The translations under genes and the position numbers were made by a program. From an archaeon (GTDB lineage Archaea; Nanobdellota; Nanobdellia; Woesearchaeales; SM23-78), in the NCBI GenBank assembly GCA_043801165.1, contig JAZDMG010000028.1:10988-74987 (forward strand): a DNA stretch of 64,000 nt, given 5' to 3'. Numbering within the stretch: position 1 is the first letter of the stretch; every line of letters begins with the position of its first letter. The notes under the pieces are model-generated. The model was given only the letters and a program-made list of their open reading frames with translations. It did not search any database and had not been told where the DNA came from. Below are positions 19,780 through 30,430 of this stretch, one piece after another.

Positions 19780-20700
19780 ATGACTTTCGTCAAGAAATGC
19801 CCTGAATGCGGGGGCATAAACTTATTCTGGAACAAGGAAAAAGGAGAGATAATCTGCAGAGACTGCGGTCTAGTCGTAGAGGACAAGATGGTGGACTTCG
19901 GCCAGGAATGGCGTGAGTTCGATGGAGAGAGCGCAGACAAGATGAGGCGTACAGGAGCTCCCATGAGCTACACCCAGTTCGACCAGGGACTTGGGACAGA
20001 TGTCGGAAAGAAATCAGACCTTTACAATCTAGGCGGAAAGGCCAAGAGCAAGTTCTTCAGGCTCAGGAAATGGCAGCAGAGGATCAGCACAGCCATAGAG
20101 AGGAACCTCAAGCTGGCATTGTCAGAATTGAAGAGAGTCAGCTCATATCTTAGGCTTCCGAGCAGCGTCGAGGAAGAGGCTGCAAGGATATACACTCTGG
20201 CGGTGCAGAAAGGCCTTGTCAGAGGAAGGAGCATGGAATCCGTTGTCGCAGGAGCCCTTTACGCAGCCTGCAGGCGCCATGATGTCCCGAGGACGCTTGA
20301 TGAGCTTGGAGAGTCATCCAACATCGAGAAGAAGGAGATCGGAAGGACCTATAGGTTCATCACAAGAGAGCTGGGCATCAAGATATTGCCTAGCAACCCT
20401 GCTGATTATATCCCTAGGTTCGCTTCAAGCCTGAAGCTTAATGCAGAGACCCAGAGCAAGGCAGTGGAGATCATAGAATCAGCGCAGAATGTTGAGTTGA
20501 CCTCTGGCAGAGGACCGACAGGAATCGCTGCCGCGGCGCTCTACGTGGCTGCTCTCATCAACGGAGAGAAAAAGACCCAGCGGGAAGTGGCTGACGTCGC
20601 AGGAGTGACAGAGGTCACCATCAGGAACCGCTACAAGGAGCTGCTCGAGAGGCTTAAGCTTGACAAGGAGATAAAGAAGGTCAAGAAGAAGAAGGCTTGA
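19780..20700 (+). CDS. tfb: Transcription initiation factor IIB
   Basis: Zn ribbon CPECG...CRDCG, EWREF, two cyclin repeats, VTEVTIRNRYKEL. Confidence 0.98.
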   Translation: MTFVKKCPECGGINLFWNKEKGEIICRDCGLVVEDKMVDFGQEWREFDGESADKMRRTGAPMSYTQFDQGLGTDVGKKSDLYNLGGKAKSKFFRLRKWQQRISTAIERNLKLALSELKRVSSYLRLPSSVEEEAARIYTLAVQKGLVRGRSMESVVAGALYAACRRHDVPRTLDELGESSNIEKKEIGRTYRFITRELGIKILPSNPADYIPRFASSLKLNAETQSKAVEIIESAQNVELTSGRGPTGIAAAALYVAALINGEKKTQREVADVAGVTEVTIRNRYKELLERLKLDKEIKKVKKKKA

Positions 20701-20704
20701 TTTA

Positions 20705-21028
20705 TCAAATTTTTATTATCTTTTTTGCCTTTATTACCACACCTTCCTTCTCTAGAAGTGATATTTTCTCTGCTATTGCTTTGCCGCAGCTCTTGCCTTT
20801 GAACCCACCAATCCTTCCGCCGCTGCCCACCACCCGATGGCAAGGCACTTCCGGCGCAAATGGATTTTTCCGAAGAGCTTGGCCAACAGCCCGCGGGCTG
20901 GCGCCGAGCTTCTTTGCGATGGCTCCATAAGTAGTCACCTTGCCGAGCGGTATCTTGCTCACGACAGAATAGACCTTCATCTGGAAGCTAGATACTTTCT
21001 GAGATTTAGCCTTCTCTTTCCAGCTCAT
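20705..21028 (-). CDS. ogt: O6-methylguanine-DNA methyltransferase (MGMT family)
   Basis: IP.GKVTTYG, RAVG, PCHRV active site. Confidence 0.93.
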   Translation of the reverse strand: MSWKEKAKSQKVSSFQMKVYSVVSKIPLGKVTTYGAIAKKLGASPRAVGQALRKNPFAPEVPCHRVVGSGGRIGGFKGKSCGKAIAEKISLLEKEGVVIKAKKIIKI

Positions 21029-21861
21029 TTGAATCCTTGCCAGTATCGCTCTGCCTCTGCTAGTTTTCCTGGCGTCGTGGTATCAAACCACTGTCCTGAG
21101 AAGACATAGCCTATGAGCTTCTCCTGCATCGCCAGCTTTGGAAAGACATCCTGCTCCAGCATAGAGAATCCTTCGGGCACTGCTTTCAGGACTTCTGGCT
21201 CCAGGATATAAAGGCCGGCATTGATCAGCTTGCTTGGCGAGTTCTCCTTGCTCGGCTTTTCGATGAAGGCCATTATTTTCTGGCCATTCATGACAGCCAC
21301 TCCGTAGCTTGATGGGTTCTCTGTCGTAGTCAGGGCTATGGTTGCTGCGCCTTTGTTCTTTCGATGGAAAGCGAACATGTCCTCCAGGTCTATATCTTTC
21401 AGCTCATCACCATTCATCAATAGGAATGTGTCATCAATCATCCCTTTCAAAAGGTTAAGTGGGCCGCCGGTCCCTAGGGGTGATTCTTCTTCGATATATG
21501 TTATGTTCACTCCGAATTGTCTCCCATCACCGAAATAATCACGGATGTGTTCGCCTTTTGATCCGATACTGATGATTATGTTCTTTATGTCGTACTCTTT
21601 TAGGAGATTTATGTTGTGCTCAAGAAGAGGCCTGTCCTGGACCCTTATCATTGGCCTAGGGATTATGCTTCCATTTGCTCTTGATTTATCGATTGGGCCG
21701 CCGGCGAGTATCACTGCCTTTGAGGGCTTATTCCCTCCCAATGCTTTTGCCAGCAGAAGCTCGATGGCGTGGCTCCTGTTCTTCACGTCAGCGTTATTTA
21801 CCGTCTTATCGACTTTCTCAAGAATGCCTCTTTCCAATGTCAATGTCACTCTCTCTTTCAT
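21025..21861 (-). CDS. Sugar-phosphate nucleotidyltransferase-like protein with N-terminal ribbon-helix-helix domain
   Basis: RVTLTL...NRSHAIELLL RHH; KAVILAGG, EESPLGTGG, NGD, FIEKP, INAGLY; likely start ATG 21861. Confidence 0.85.
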   Translation of the reverse strand: MKERVTLTLERGILEKVDKTVNNADVKNRSHAIELLLAKALGGNKPSKAVILAGGPIDKSRANGSIIPRPMIRVQDRPLLEHNINLLKEYDIKNIIISIGSKGEHIRDYFGDGRQFGVNITYIEEESPLGTGGPLNLLKGMIDDTFLLMNGDELKDIDLEDMFAFHRKNKGAATIALTTTENPSSYGVAVMNGQKIMAFIEKPSKENSPSKLINAGLYILEPEVLKAVPEGFSMLEQDVFPKLAMQEKLIGYVFSGQWFDTTTPGKLAEAERYWQGFK

Positions 21862-22038
21862 AGCATTAACCCCCTTATTTTTTTTAAGGGAGGCGTCTCG
21901 TCTATTTAAATATTTGGATTCGTATGACAAAGTATGATGATTCATAATATTTAAATATTAGTTCACACATACAATCTTTTGATCCGGAAAAAAATCAAAA
22001 AACCCGAAATCATTTCGGATCATTAGGGGGTGGACAAG

Positions 22039-22149
22039 ATGGAGGAACTCTGTTCCGAAGGCCCTCTTGAGATAGAGCTCGACGAGATTGAAGGAAAAGA
22101 TCCTGCCAGGGCAAAATTCATCAGAGGGTATCTGAAAGCGACAACATAG
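22039..22149 (+). CDS. Small acidic protein (36 aa), absent from the ORF track
   Basis: MEELCSEGPLEIELDEIEGKDPARAKFIRGYLKATT; strong RBS gggggtgg; upstream TATA. Confidence 0.5.
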   Translation: MEELCSEGPLEIELDEIEGKDPARAKFIRGYLKATT

Positions 22150-22218
22150 GTTGCTCAGAAGATAAATCGCAAAAACGTATTATGGATGAAATCATAGGCA
22201 GATTTATTGCATATCGGC

Positions 22219-23481
22219 TCATATAGGCGTCGCTTCTAGATAAAATTGTTCTGCCTTCACAACCTTGACCATGACCTTCTGTCCAAGAGAGAGTTTTGCG
22301 TTCTTTATGACAACCTGCTTGTAATAATCATTGTGACCAGCCCAGCTCCCATCCTTTCCCATCTCATCGATTATTACTTCACCTTGCCAGCCAATCCATT
22401 CGGCATTGGTTATGACCTTCCGATAAAGCATCGATAGCCTGAGGCTTCTGCTCTTGGCGACATTGTTAGGTAACATCTTGAGTTTCTTGGCAGGCGTCCC
22501 TGGCCTTGGATAGAATTTTGTTATGTTGATGACCGGAATCCTGAGCTTCTCAAGCAGGGCACAGGTATCTTCGAACTCCTGGTCAGTCTCAGAAGGGAAA
22601 CCAACAATCACATCTGTGGCCAGGGTGATGTCTGGTATCGCTTCACGAAGCTTCTTGACAAGAAAAACAAAATCAGCAACAGAGTATTTCCTGTTCATCA
22701 TCTTCAGTATACGGTCATTGCCGCTCTGGAGCGGAAGATGGACGAATTTGAACACCCGCGGATGCTTGAGGATATCAATCAATCCGCCGATGAATTCGAG
22801 CGCATGGTCAGGGTTTATCATCCCTATGCGCACAATATAATCCCCTTTGATCTCCAGAAGCTCTTTCATCAGCTCAGGCAGCGACAAGCCGATGTCCTTG
22901 CCATAGGCCCCATTATCCTGGCTTGTGAGCCATATCTCCTTCACACCTTCCTTGACAGCTGTCTTGAACTGCTGCTTTATCGCCTCAGGATCATAGCTCA
23001 CAAGGCTTCCCCTCGCATGGCGGGTCTTGCAATAGCTGCACTCTCCTAGGCATCCTGCGCAGATCGGGATGATCTCAACAGCCGGATTCCGTCTTATCTT
23101 CGGCAAGTTCAATCTAGGATTCTTCCCATGAGCTATCAGCCTGACAACGCCTCCGGCAATGGCCTCTTCAACAACTTCAGCTATCTGGCTTATGTTGTCA
23201 ACTCCCAGGATTGAGATGTCAATAAGTTTCTTATTCATAGGATCTGCCTGGGAGACGCAACCAGCAACAACAACAAATTTTCCAGCAGCCCTGGCTTTTT
23301 CCAATTCAAAAAAGAACCTCTTCTCAGGGTTGTCCTTGACAGTGCAGGTGTTGAAGATTATTATCTGAGCTTGGTCAGCTGATTCTACAATGATGTGGCC
23401 TGCTTCCAGGAGCAGCCCTGCCATTACTTCGCTGTCAGATTGGTTCAATGTGCAGCCGAATGTCCTGATGAAAATCTTCAT
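22219..23481 (-). CDS. tRNA methylthiotransferase (MiaB-like, archaeal MtaB/CDKAL1 type)
   Basis: UPF0004 TFGC..N..DS, NTCTVK, CLGECSYC radical SAM motif, TRAM domain. Confidence 0.93.
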   Translation of the reverse strand: MKIFIRTFGCTLNQSDSEVMAGLLLEAGHIIVESADQAQIIIFNTCTVKDNPEKRFFFELEKARAAGKFVVVAGCVSQADPMNKKLIDISILGVDNISQIAEVVEEAIAGGVVRLIAHGKNPRLNLPKIRRNPAVEIIPICAGCLGECSYCKTRHARGSLVSYDPEAIKQQFKTAVKEGVKEIWLTSQDNGAYGKDIGLSLPELMKELLEIKGDYIVRIGMINPDHALEFIGGLIDILKHPRVFKFVHLPLQSGNDRILKMMNRKYSVADFVFLVKKLREAIPDITLATDVIVGFPSETDQEFEDTCALLEKLRIPVINITKFYPRPGTPAKKLKMLPNNVAKSRSLRLSMLYRKVITNAEWIGWQGEVIIDEMGKDGSWAGHNDYYKQVVIKNAKLSLGQKVMVKVVKAEQFYLEATPI

Positions 23482-23540
23482 GATCGAAAGAAGGATTGTT
23501 TGATTAATAAAGTTTGTTCATGACCGCAAAGCCATGATTC

Positions 23541-24965
23541 CTATCTGAAGTCTTCCAGAACAAGATCAACGACATCCTCTCTCCAGCCGACATTCATAAG
23601 AGTGTCTTTTATGTTCTTCAGGCTCAGCCCTTTGTCAAGGCAGGCCTGCACAAAGCCATCAAGCTTATCAATATTTTCATCCACCGTATGCACATCATGC
23701 ATCACCACATCTACTGCGTGCTCATCCCATCCGATGCTTAGCAACTCTTCTCTTATATCAGAGTCGTCTGCTCCTTTTCGCACCCTTGACTCTATCAATC
23801 GCTCGGCCTCCTCGACCTTGAAATAGGGAACTATAAGGTCTTTTCTTATCATCAGTACCTTTCCCGCGCCTTTGCCGCTCGATTCAGCAACTGCCAAAGT
23901 CCTCTGGGCATCCCTCTTCTTGAGGATGACTGACCCCACAAGGACTAATCCTCCGATGGCCAGGAGGAATAGCAACGGCAAGAGCATCTTGCTGCCCGTG
24001 CCTCCGTATTCGCCAGAGACAGGAGAAAAATCATCCTTTTGTTCATCGCTGCCTTGCTCAGCCACAACTCCTCCGGTGGGAGTTGTCTCAGGGACCTTTG
24101 TCTTCACCGCATCGAACAGTGCGATGGTCCTGAAATCATCTGAGTTCACGCTTTCCCTGATGTAATAGGTGAAGCTCTTGCTCTCGTCCTCCTTTAGGGT
24201 TGGGACAGACCATTCAAGCAGCGGGTCTGTGGAGATCATCCTTGGCTTCTTATCAACGAAAATCAATGATGAAGAAGATGATACTATGCTCTTAGGTATG
24301 AGCTCTATTATCCTCAGATCATAGAGGTCGTATAATGCCCTGACAGTTATCGTCACCCTGGTCCTACGGACCTGAGCAGCTGAGTTCGCATACACCGTCC
24401 TTATCACAAAGGTCTCAACTTTGTGATCCAAGCCTACTGCGCCTAATTTTCCTGAATTCATCCCTGAGATCAGGGAGCTGATGTAATCCTTTGCAGCCTG
24501 GTCAGGGCTGAGGTCGAGCCAAGGCGCCAGTCCGCTGGCATCCAAGAGCCTGCTGGAGGTCAAGAAAGTATTCAGCCTCTCGGCCTTCATCTTGTCAGAT
24601 GGCAATGAATCATAGCCTAGCTCCTTAGGAGAGATTGTGTTCAACAGCTGGTCAAGATTGTCAATCTTCACAGGCTGGCTCTTGTTAGAGTTGTTGACCT
24701 TGATAAAGCCGCCTCCACCGCCGCCTCCACCGCCAGAAGAAGGGAGCGAGAATATCACTGTAAGTATGCTTGATATGTTGGCATTGAAGTTTCCGTTATC
24801 ATTGTTAACTGTCAATGTTCCGTTGACGCCTGTGATCGCATCAGCTGATACAGCGGCTGAGCTAGACAACAGGACTAGCATCATGCAGAATCCTATAAAG
24901 TGCTCTTTCTTCAAAAAAACAACCCTCGCATCATCTTGTTTAAAAGTGACTGGCAAACCGCTCAT
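23541..24965 (-). CDS. Membrane-anchored surface protein with poly-Gly linker
   Basis: Signal peptide, G10 tract, IIELIPKS...DP domain, TM, duplicated cytoplasmic I...L...GW motif. Confidence 0.75.
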   Translation of the reverse strand: MSGLPVTFKQDDARVVFLKKEHFIGFCMMLVLLSSSAAVSADAITGVNGTLTVNNDNGNFNANISSILTVIFSLPSSGGGGGGGGGFIKVNNSNKSQPVKIDNLDQLLNTISPKELGYDSLPSDKMKAERLNTFLTSSRLLDASGLAPWLDLSPDQAAKDYISSLISGMNSGKLGAVGLDHKVETFVIRTVYANSAAQVRRTRVTITVRALYDLYDLRIIELIPKSIVSSSSSLIFVDKKPRMISTDPLLEWSVPTLKEDESKSFTYYIRESVNSDDFRTIALFDAVKTKVPETTPTGGVVAEQGSDEQKDDFSPVSGEYGGTGSKMLLPLLFLLAIGGLVLVGSVILKKRDAQRTLAVAESSGKGAGKVLMIRKDLIVPYFKVEEAERLIESRVRKGADDSDIREELLSIGWDEHAVDVVMHDVHTVDENIDKLDGFVQACLDKGLSLKNIKDTLMNVGWREDVVDLVLEDFR

Positions 24966-27900
24966 GGCGTATCAAACAGGCCCCAGCCATAGCTCCCAGA
25001 ATACGCCCCTGCGCTAAGCCCAGTGTAAGGTGTGATGAACAATGAGACGTTCCCTGCGTATATCTGGCTGTACATATTATACTGAGGCATCTCTGAAGCT
25101 GAAAATAATGACATGTTGAATGTCTGGGCGTTGGCGTATGTGAAGCTGTTGCTTATGTTCAGTCTTGCAGTATCGTTGCCTATCTTGGCATAGCTTATGT
25201 CATAGATGTTCACGCCGCTTGTCAAGTTCATGAAGAACCTAATGAAAGGATAGCCCTTGCTCATCATGGTGAATGTGAATATGATTTCGCTCCCACCGAT
25301 GGTCCCGGTCGCGTAGGCAGCCCCGACTATTGTCGGCACTATAGCAGGCACTGAAGATATCTGGGTTGTGTTAGTGTAGTTGTGGTTGTAAATATCATAG
25401 CAAAGAGCAGATAAGTTCCAGGTGCCCATTGGCAGGTAAAGCCCCTGGCAGAGTGTCGAGAAGCTCAAGGTAGAGTTGAAGCTCCCGTTCAACCATCGCA
25501 TGGAAGCGTTGTCAGACTTTTCAATCCTGTAGGTGCAGTTGCTGAAGTTCAGGTCGTATGCCAAGCCGCTCGCAGTGAAGTTCTGCGCAGAGACGAATGC
25601 GGTGGCGCTGAGTGAGACAGCTGGATACTCACAGGCTACGCTTGCGCCTGATGCAAAAGTATCGTTCAGGAGAGGGCAAAAGTCTACTGCATAGCCTGCA
25701 GGAGTAGCGTCCTCGTCATCCTGGATGCTGGCGTTGTCGATGAAATATGCCCAAGTGCTCCCCCAGTAGTTGTTCTCAGCTGTTATGTTGATGTCCTGAG
25801 AGTTGATCAGATCATAGTTGGTGTTATCATAAATGTCATTGTAGGATATGTTGTTGGTTGTTGAGGAACCTTGCAATATCAAGCCGTCCGCGTTAAACTT
25901 TATGCTGTTATTCACAATGGTGCTTCCATTGCTATTGAAGAAAGACAGCCCGTACTGGCTGCCGCCATGCACGATATTGTTCGATATGCGGCAGTTATAG
26001 GTTGAAACTAAATTGAAGCCATAACTGTTGAGGGATAGGTTGTTATTCCTTATAGAGCAGTTGTCTGCATACTGCAGGATAACTCCGTCAGCACTCGCAT
26101 TGAAGAACGAATCCTCAATAGTTGCGTTGAATGAACGATAAACATAGACCGCGAAGCCAGTCCATATGAAGCTGTTGTTCCTTATGGCGGTGTTGTTCGA
26201 GTCGGTAAGATATATTCCGCCCATTGAGTTCAAGCTGAAGTTATTTGATGCATTGATGACATTGTTTTCGGACAAGTTCAAGAACATGCCGTAATAAGCA
26301 CTGGAGCGGATGATGTTGCCTGAGAAGGTGTTTGAGTCAGAATCCACCAAATAGACGCTGTTGTTGTCAGTGTTATTAATTATGCATCTAGAGATAGTGT
26401 TGCTGTTTGATTGCATCATATCAATCCCGACATCAGGCCCGCCAGTTACGCTTACATTGTATATTGTTGAACCAGATGCGTTGCAGAGGCGTATTCCTCT
26501 GCCCCAATTAGTGTCTATTCCTGAAACGGTAAAATCAGATAGGGTTATGTTGCTAGAATTGAGTATCCCTATGAACGCAACATCTGCTGAGAATGACTTG
26601 TCGTGGTCATTCATATATGTGACTATGGGCATCCCGCCCATGATATTTCCAATTCCTGAGAAATTCTGCATACAATCCAACAGATTAAGGACCACCCAAT
26701 CAAGCTTGCCATCAGATAAATTATTGCCGACAAAATTATTGTATGTCGAGTCCGCTATGTAGATCCCGCTGGTGTTCATGAAAAGGTTATTTGCAAAAAA
26801 GCTTCGGCTGACGTTTAGCATAAACAACCCGCTTGCGGAAGAGTTGGTGGTGTTGGTCGCGTTGACAGTAATATTAGCTGAATCCCTCAAGAATATGCTG
26901 TGGCCGCTGGAAGTTCCATTCACGCTTGATGAACTGATAAAATTGTCTCTTGCGAACCAAAGATAAAACCCATAACCATCGATGCCGATAATGTTCTGTC
27001 CTTTGAAAACATTGCTGTTTCCATTGAAAACATACAGTCCTCCAACGCTGTTCTGAAGAATGTTGTTGTTGAAGCTGCTAGAGTTGGTATTATTCAGGTA
27101 AATTCCCCGCGCAAGGCTTGATGATATGTTTGTGCCATTCACTGTTATTGAAACCGACTCTGAAAGTCGAATTCCATCAGAACCAGAGACATTCACTGCC
27201 GAATTCAAAATGTTGTTAGAACGGGAAGATACGATATATATCCCTTCTTCTTCCGAATCAAAGATACTGCTTTCTGCGATACTGTTGTTATGCCCACCCC
27301 CAACATATATTCCTTTGAACATCGATTCGTACACTATGTTGTTGTTGAAACTCGTGTAATTCGAGGAATTGAATACGACACCGATGTTACTGAATGATAT
27401 GTTCGTGTCATTGATCGTGTTTCCTGCAGAAGTCTCAATTACCAGTCCGTGAGATGTGACATAGTCCCGCCCGCTGTCATTGATGTAAGCACGCAGAACA
27501 TTGTTGTTATTTGACCCTGAAAAGAGGTGGAAGCCGTGGCTCCCTGAGCGCAGAACCTTGCAGTCACTGAAATTATTGCCATCGCTGCCGACTATGAAGA
27601 ACCCTCTCAATGTCGAATTGGTCATTATATCATTTGAAAAAGTGCTTGTGTCAGCCCCGTTCAGGTAAACTGCGTTGTTGGCCGAGTCAGTCACATTGGT
27701 ATTATTCACTATGTTGTTCGCTGAGTTGACTATTTCTATGCCGTTTGTGAGGCTGCTGTTTATGAGACTACTATCAATAACATTGTTATCTGAACCGGTT
27801 CCGATAAAGAAGCCACGCGTTCCGGAAGAGTATACCTTAACTGCTGAAAAGAAGTTATTGTCGCTGTCCGAGGTAAGATAAAAACCGGCATACGAATCAT

Positions 27901-28519
27901 TTGTGATTATATTATTGAATTCGCTGCCGTCACAATTACTTAAGGAAATCCCTTCCATATCAAAATTGCTTACATTAACATTATTAACTTGCACATCACG
28001 AACGTCAGATAATATAATCCCCTCTCCTAATCCACCACTAGCGAAGCTATCATTAATGGTGACATTAGTTGAGTTATAAACAGAATAAGCAACCATATAA
28101 TTTATTATGCCACATCTTTTAATCGTGACATTATCACTAGAATTAGTATATATCCCCTGGCTGCCAGGAGCATATACAATCTGATTGAAAACAGAATTAT
28201 CGCAGTCAAGTATTATATCATCCTTGAGAATGAAGATGGTGCCGTTTCCACCAACATCGGTTATATTAAAATTAGCTGTCTGGTTTAAAGTATAGACTCC
28301 GCTCTGGTTGATTATTATCGTATTATCAGTGCTGTTGCTGTTTACCAGAGCAGACGTGAAGTTAGAAGCATTATAGGGGCAGACCAGAGGTGAATTGCAC
28401 ACGTAGATGTCAGCTGCGCTCGCAAGGCTCATCGCCATAAGAACAAAAACGACAACAACTAGCGAGAGCGTAGCCCTCTTGGAATAACCCACCTCAACCA
28501 TCCTGATTACAACCACCAC
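24962..28519 (-). CDS. Large secreted right-handed beta-helix (NosD-like) glycoprotein
   Basis: Signal peptide; many GIxL.xS.NN.I repeats; dense N-x-S/T sequons; AENNYWG. Confidence 0.88.
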   Translation of the reverse strand: MVVVIRMVEVGYSKRATLSLVVVVFVLMAMSLASAADIYVCNSPLVCPYNASNFTSALVNSNSTDNTIIINQSGVYTLNQTANFNITDVGGNGTIFILKDDIILDCDNSVFNQIVYAPGSQGIYTNSSDNVTIKRCGIINYMVAYSVYNSTNVTINDSFASGGLGEGIILSDVRDVQVNNVNVSNFDMEGISLSNCDGSEFNNIITNDSYAGFYLTSDSDNNFFSAVKVYSSGTRGFFIGTGSDNNVIDSSLINSSLTNGIEIVNSANNIVNNTNVTDSANNAVYLNGADTSTFSNDIMTNSTLRGFFIVGSDGNNFSDCKVLRSGSHGFHLFSGSNNNNVLRAYINDSGRDYVTSHGLVIETSAGNTINDTNISFSNIGVVFNSSNYTSFNNNIVYESMFKGIYVGGGHNNSIAESSIFDSEEEGIYIVSSRSNNILNSAVNVSGSDGIRLSESVSITVNGTNISSSLARGIYLNNTNSSSFNNNILQNSVGGLYVFNGNSNVFKGQNIIGIDGYGFYLWFARDNFISSSSVNGTSSGHSIFLRDSANITVNATNTTNSSASGLFMLNVSRSFFANNLFMNTSGIYIADSTYNNFVGNNLSDGKLDWVVLNLLDCMQNFSGIGNIMGGMPIVTYMNDHDKSFSADVAFIGILNSSNITLSDFTVSGIDTNWGRGIRLCNASGSTIYNVSVTGGPDVGIDMMQSNSNTISRCIINNTDNNSVYLVDSDSNTFSGNIIRSSAYYGMFLNLSENNVINASNNFSLNSMGGIYLTDSNNTAIRNNSFIWTGFAVYVYRSFNATIEDSFFNASADGVILQYADNCSIRNNNLSLNSYGFNLVSTYNCRISNNIVHGGSQYGLSFFNSNGSTIVNNSIKFNADGLILQGSSTTNNISYNDIYDNTNYDLINSQDINITAENNYWGSTWAYFIDNASIQDDEDATPAGYAVDFCPLLNDTFASGASVACEYPAVSLSATAFVSAQNFTASGLAYDLNFSNCTYRIEKSDNASMRWLNGSFNSTLSFSTLCQGLYLPMGTWNLSALCYDIYNHNYTNTTQISSVPAIVPTIVGAAYATGTIGGSEIIFTFTMMSKGYPFIRFFMNLTSGVNIYDISYAKIGNDTARLNISNSFTYANAQTFNMSLFSASEMPQYNMYSQIYAGNVSLFITPYTGLSAGAYSGSYGWGLFDTP

Positions 28520-28646
28520 CTATGAGAGCATTTCAATCGTCATACTATTTAAACTTTTCGACAGACTCGCGTCTGCGCTTTTTTCGTAAATTATTTAAAT
28601 GATGCAGTCAATCAGAACGTTATAAAAAGGAGGGAGGCGTTTCTTT

Positions 28647-29684
28647 ATGGCTGATGATGCGAATCTATCTGATGACATCAGCAAGTTCGATCCTGAGAAC
28701 CTCAGGCAGGACATCCTTCAGCTTCCGCTCCAGGCAGAGCAGGGATACAAGCTTGTCGAAGCCCTGGATCTTAATGCCGTAAAGGGAACCTATTCAAGCG
28801 TCATAATATCAGGGATGGGCGGCTCTGCGATCGCAGGCCTTGTCCTGCAGAGCTACCTAGCAGATGATAGCATCAAGCTGTTTGTCAATCAGGATTACAT
28901 CCTTCCGAAATGGGCTGACAAGAGCACATTGGTCATAGTCAGCTCCTATTCAGGCAACACAGAGGAGGCCATAAGCGTCTTCAAGGAGGCCAGGAGAAAG
29001 GAGTGCGGCCTGATTGTTGTGAGCATCGGCGGAAAGCTTGAGGAATACGCCAAGATACCGCGCCTGCCAGTGGTAATTTTGCCATCAGGCTATCCCCCGC
29101 GGACCGCGATGGGCATCATGTTCTTCGCCATGCTGAGGCTGCTTGAGCGCCTCAGGCTTGTTGAGAGCAAGGCAAGGGAAGTCCTCAGGATCAGGGAAGA
29201 GCTCAAGGGCCAGCTGCCGATGCTTGAGAGGAACGCCATCGCGCTTTCAGAGAAGTTCGTCAACAGGATCCCACTCATATACACAAGCACGCGGTTCAAG
29301 CCAATAGGGTATAGGTGGAAATGCGATTTCAATGAGAACTCAAAGCGTCTGGCATTCAACAATGTCTTCTCTGAGATGAACCATAACGAAGGCGAGGCAT
29401 TTGAGAACATAATCGGCAACTTCCATGCGATTATCCTGAGGTTCGAAGAGGACAATAGGAGGATTCAGCAAAGGATGAATCTCACCAAAGACATCATCCT
29501 GAAGAAAGGAGTGCCTGTCACAGACATAGGAGTAAGAGGCCCTTCAATGTTGAGCAAGATATTCTCAGCCATAATGCTTGGAGACCTGACATCATACTAC
29601 CTTGCCATAAGATTGAAGACTAATCCGAACCGTTATAATTTCATCGAAGATTTCAAGAAAAGCCTCGGTCCCTATGTCGGCTGA
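28647..29684 (+). CDS. Bifunctional phosphoglucose/phosphomannose isomerase
   Basis: GMGGSAI, SSYSGNTEE, PR, NENSK, EMNHNE. Confidence 0.93.
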   Translation: MADDANLSDDISKFDPENLRQDILQLPLQAEQGYKLVEALDLNAVKGTYSSVIISGMGGSAIAGLVLQSYLADDSIKLFVNQDYILPKWADKSTLVIVSSYSGNTEEAISVFKEARRKECGLIVVSIGGKLEEYAKIPRLPVVILPSGYPPRTAMGIMFFAMLRLLERLRLVESKAREVLRIREELKGQLPMLERNAIALSEKFVNRIPLIYTSTRFKPIGYRWKCDFNENSKRLAFNNVFSEMNHNEGEAFENIIGNFHAIILRFEEDNRRIQQRMNLTKDIILKKGVPVTDIGVRGPSMLSKIFSAIMLGDLTSYYLAIRLKTNPNRYNFIEDFKKSLGPYVG

Positions 29685-29805
29685 GCAGAGCTTCTCATCA
29701 AAGGATAAGCAAAAGCTTTATATACTTGTAAATAAAACAGGAACTTAAAAATTATAATCGACAAGAAAACCCGGTTCAACAGCCGGACAAAGGAGGGGAC
29801 TCAGA

Positions 29806-30231
29806 ATGAAGTTTTTTTCACTGAAAAGATTCAAGACAAAGAATTATGATGAGGATGATAATCTACAGGCTGAGGATGAATATGTTGAGCTTAACTCAGA
29901 GGCAGAGCATACCAAGGGCACAAAAATCATTGTCAGGCCTTTTGTTATGAACGACTTCTCAGACATCAAGCCGATCCTCGACACCCTGAGAGAAGGCAAC
30001 ACCATTGTCCTTGTAAACATCAAGCCTCTCAAGGAGAAGGACCTGGTTGAGCTCAAGAGAGCAGTCAACAAGCTCAAGAAGACCTGCGATGCCATCGAAG
30101 GCGACATAGCTGGCTTCGGTGACGACTACATCGTCATCACACCAAGCTTCGCCCAGATCTACAGATCAAAGGGCATGGGCAATCCGATCAAGGAGAACCT
30201 AGGCAGCGGAGAAGAGTTCGAAGCCGAATAA
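29806..30231 (+). CDS. sepF: Cell division protein SepF
   Basis: LREGNTIVLVNI, LKRAV, GDIAG, ITPS; archaeal sepF-ZPR1 neighbourhood. Confidence 0.88.
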   Translation: MKFFSLKRFKTKNYDEDDNLQAEDEYVELNSEAEHTKGTKIIVRPFVMNDFSDIKPILDTLREGNTIVLVNIKPLKEKDLVELKRAVNKLKKTCDAIEGDIAGFGDDYIVITPSFAQIYRSKGMGNPIKENLGSGEEFEAE

Positions 30232-30430
30232 AATCTTTTAATTATTATATTTCTATTCTTATCTTTTGTTTATTCCATCACTGCTTGGCATCAATAGCTT
30301 TGCAAGAACAAGATTCTCGACGGTTCCAAATCATCGTTTTAAAAATATATCTGTGAAGCAAAACAAGCATCGCTGATTAGTATTTTGCAAAACAACAAAG
30401 TATAAAAAGCAATGAACCAAGAAACAGTTT

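Noticed and set aside
24708..24734. Gly-codon tract as a contingency repeat
   Set aside because: Mixed in-frame codons encoding an ordinary poly-Gly linker.
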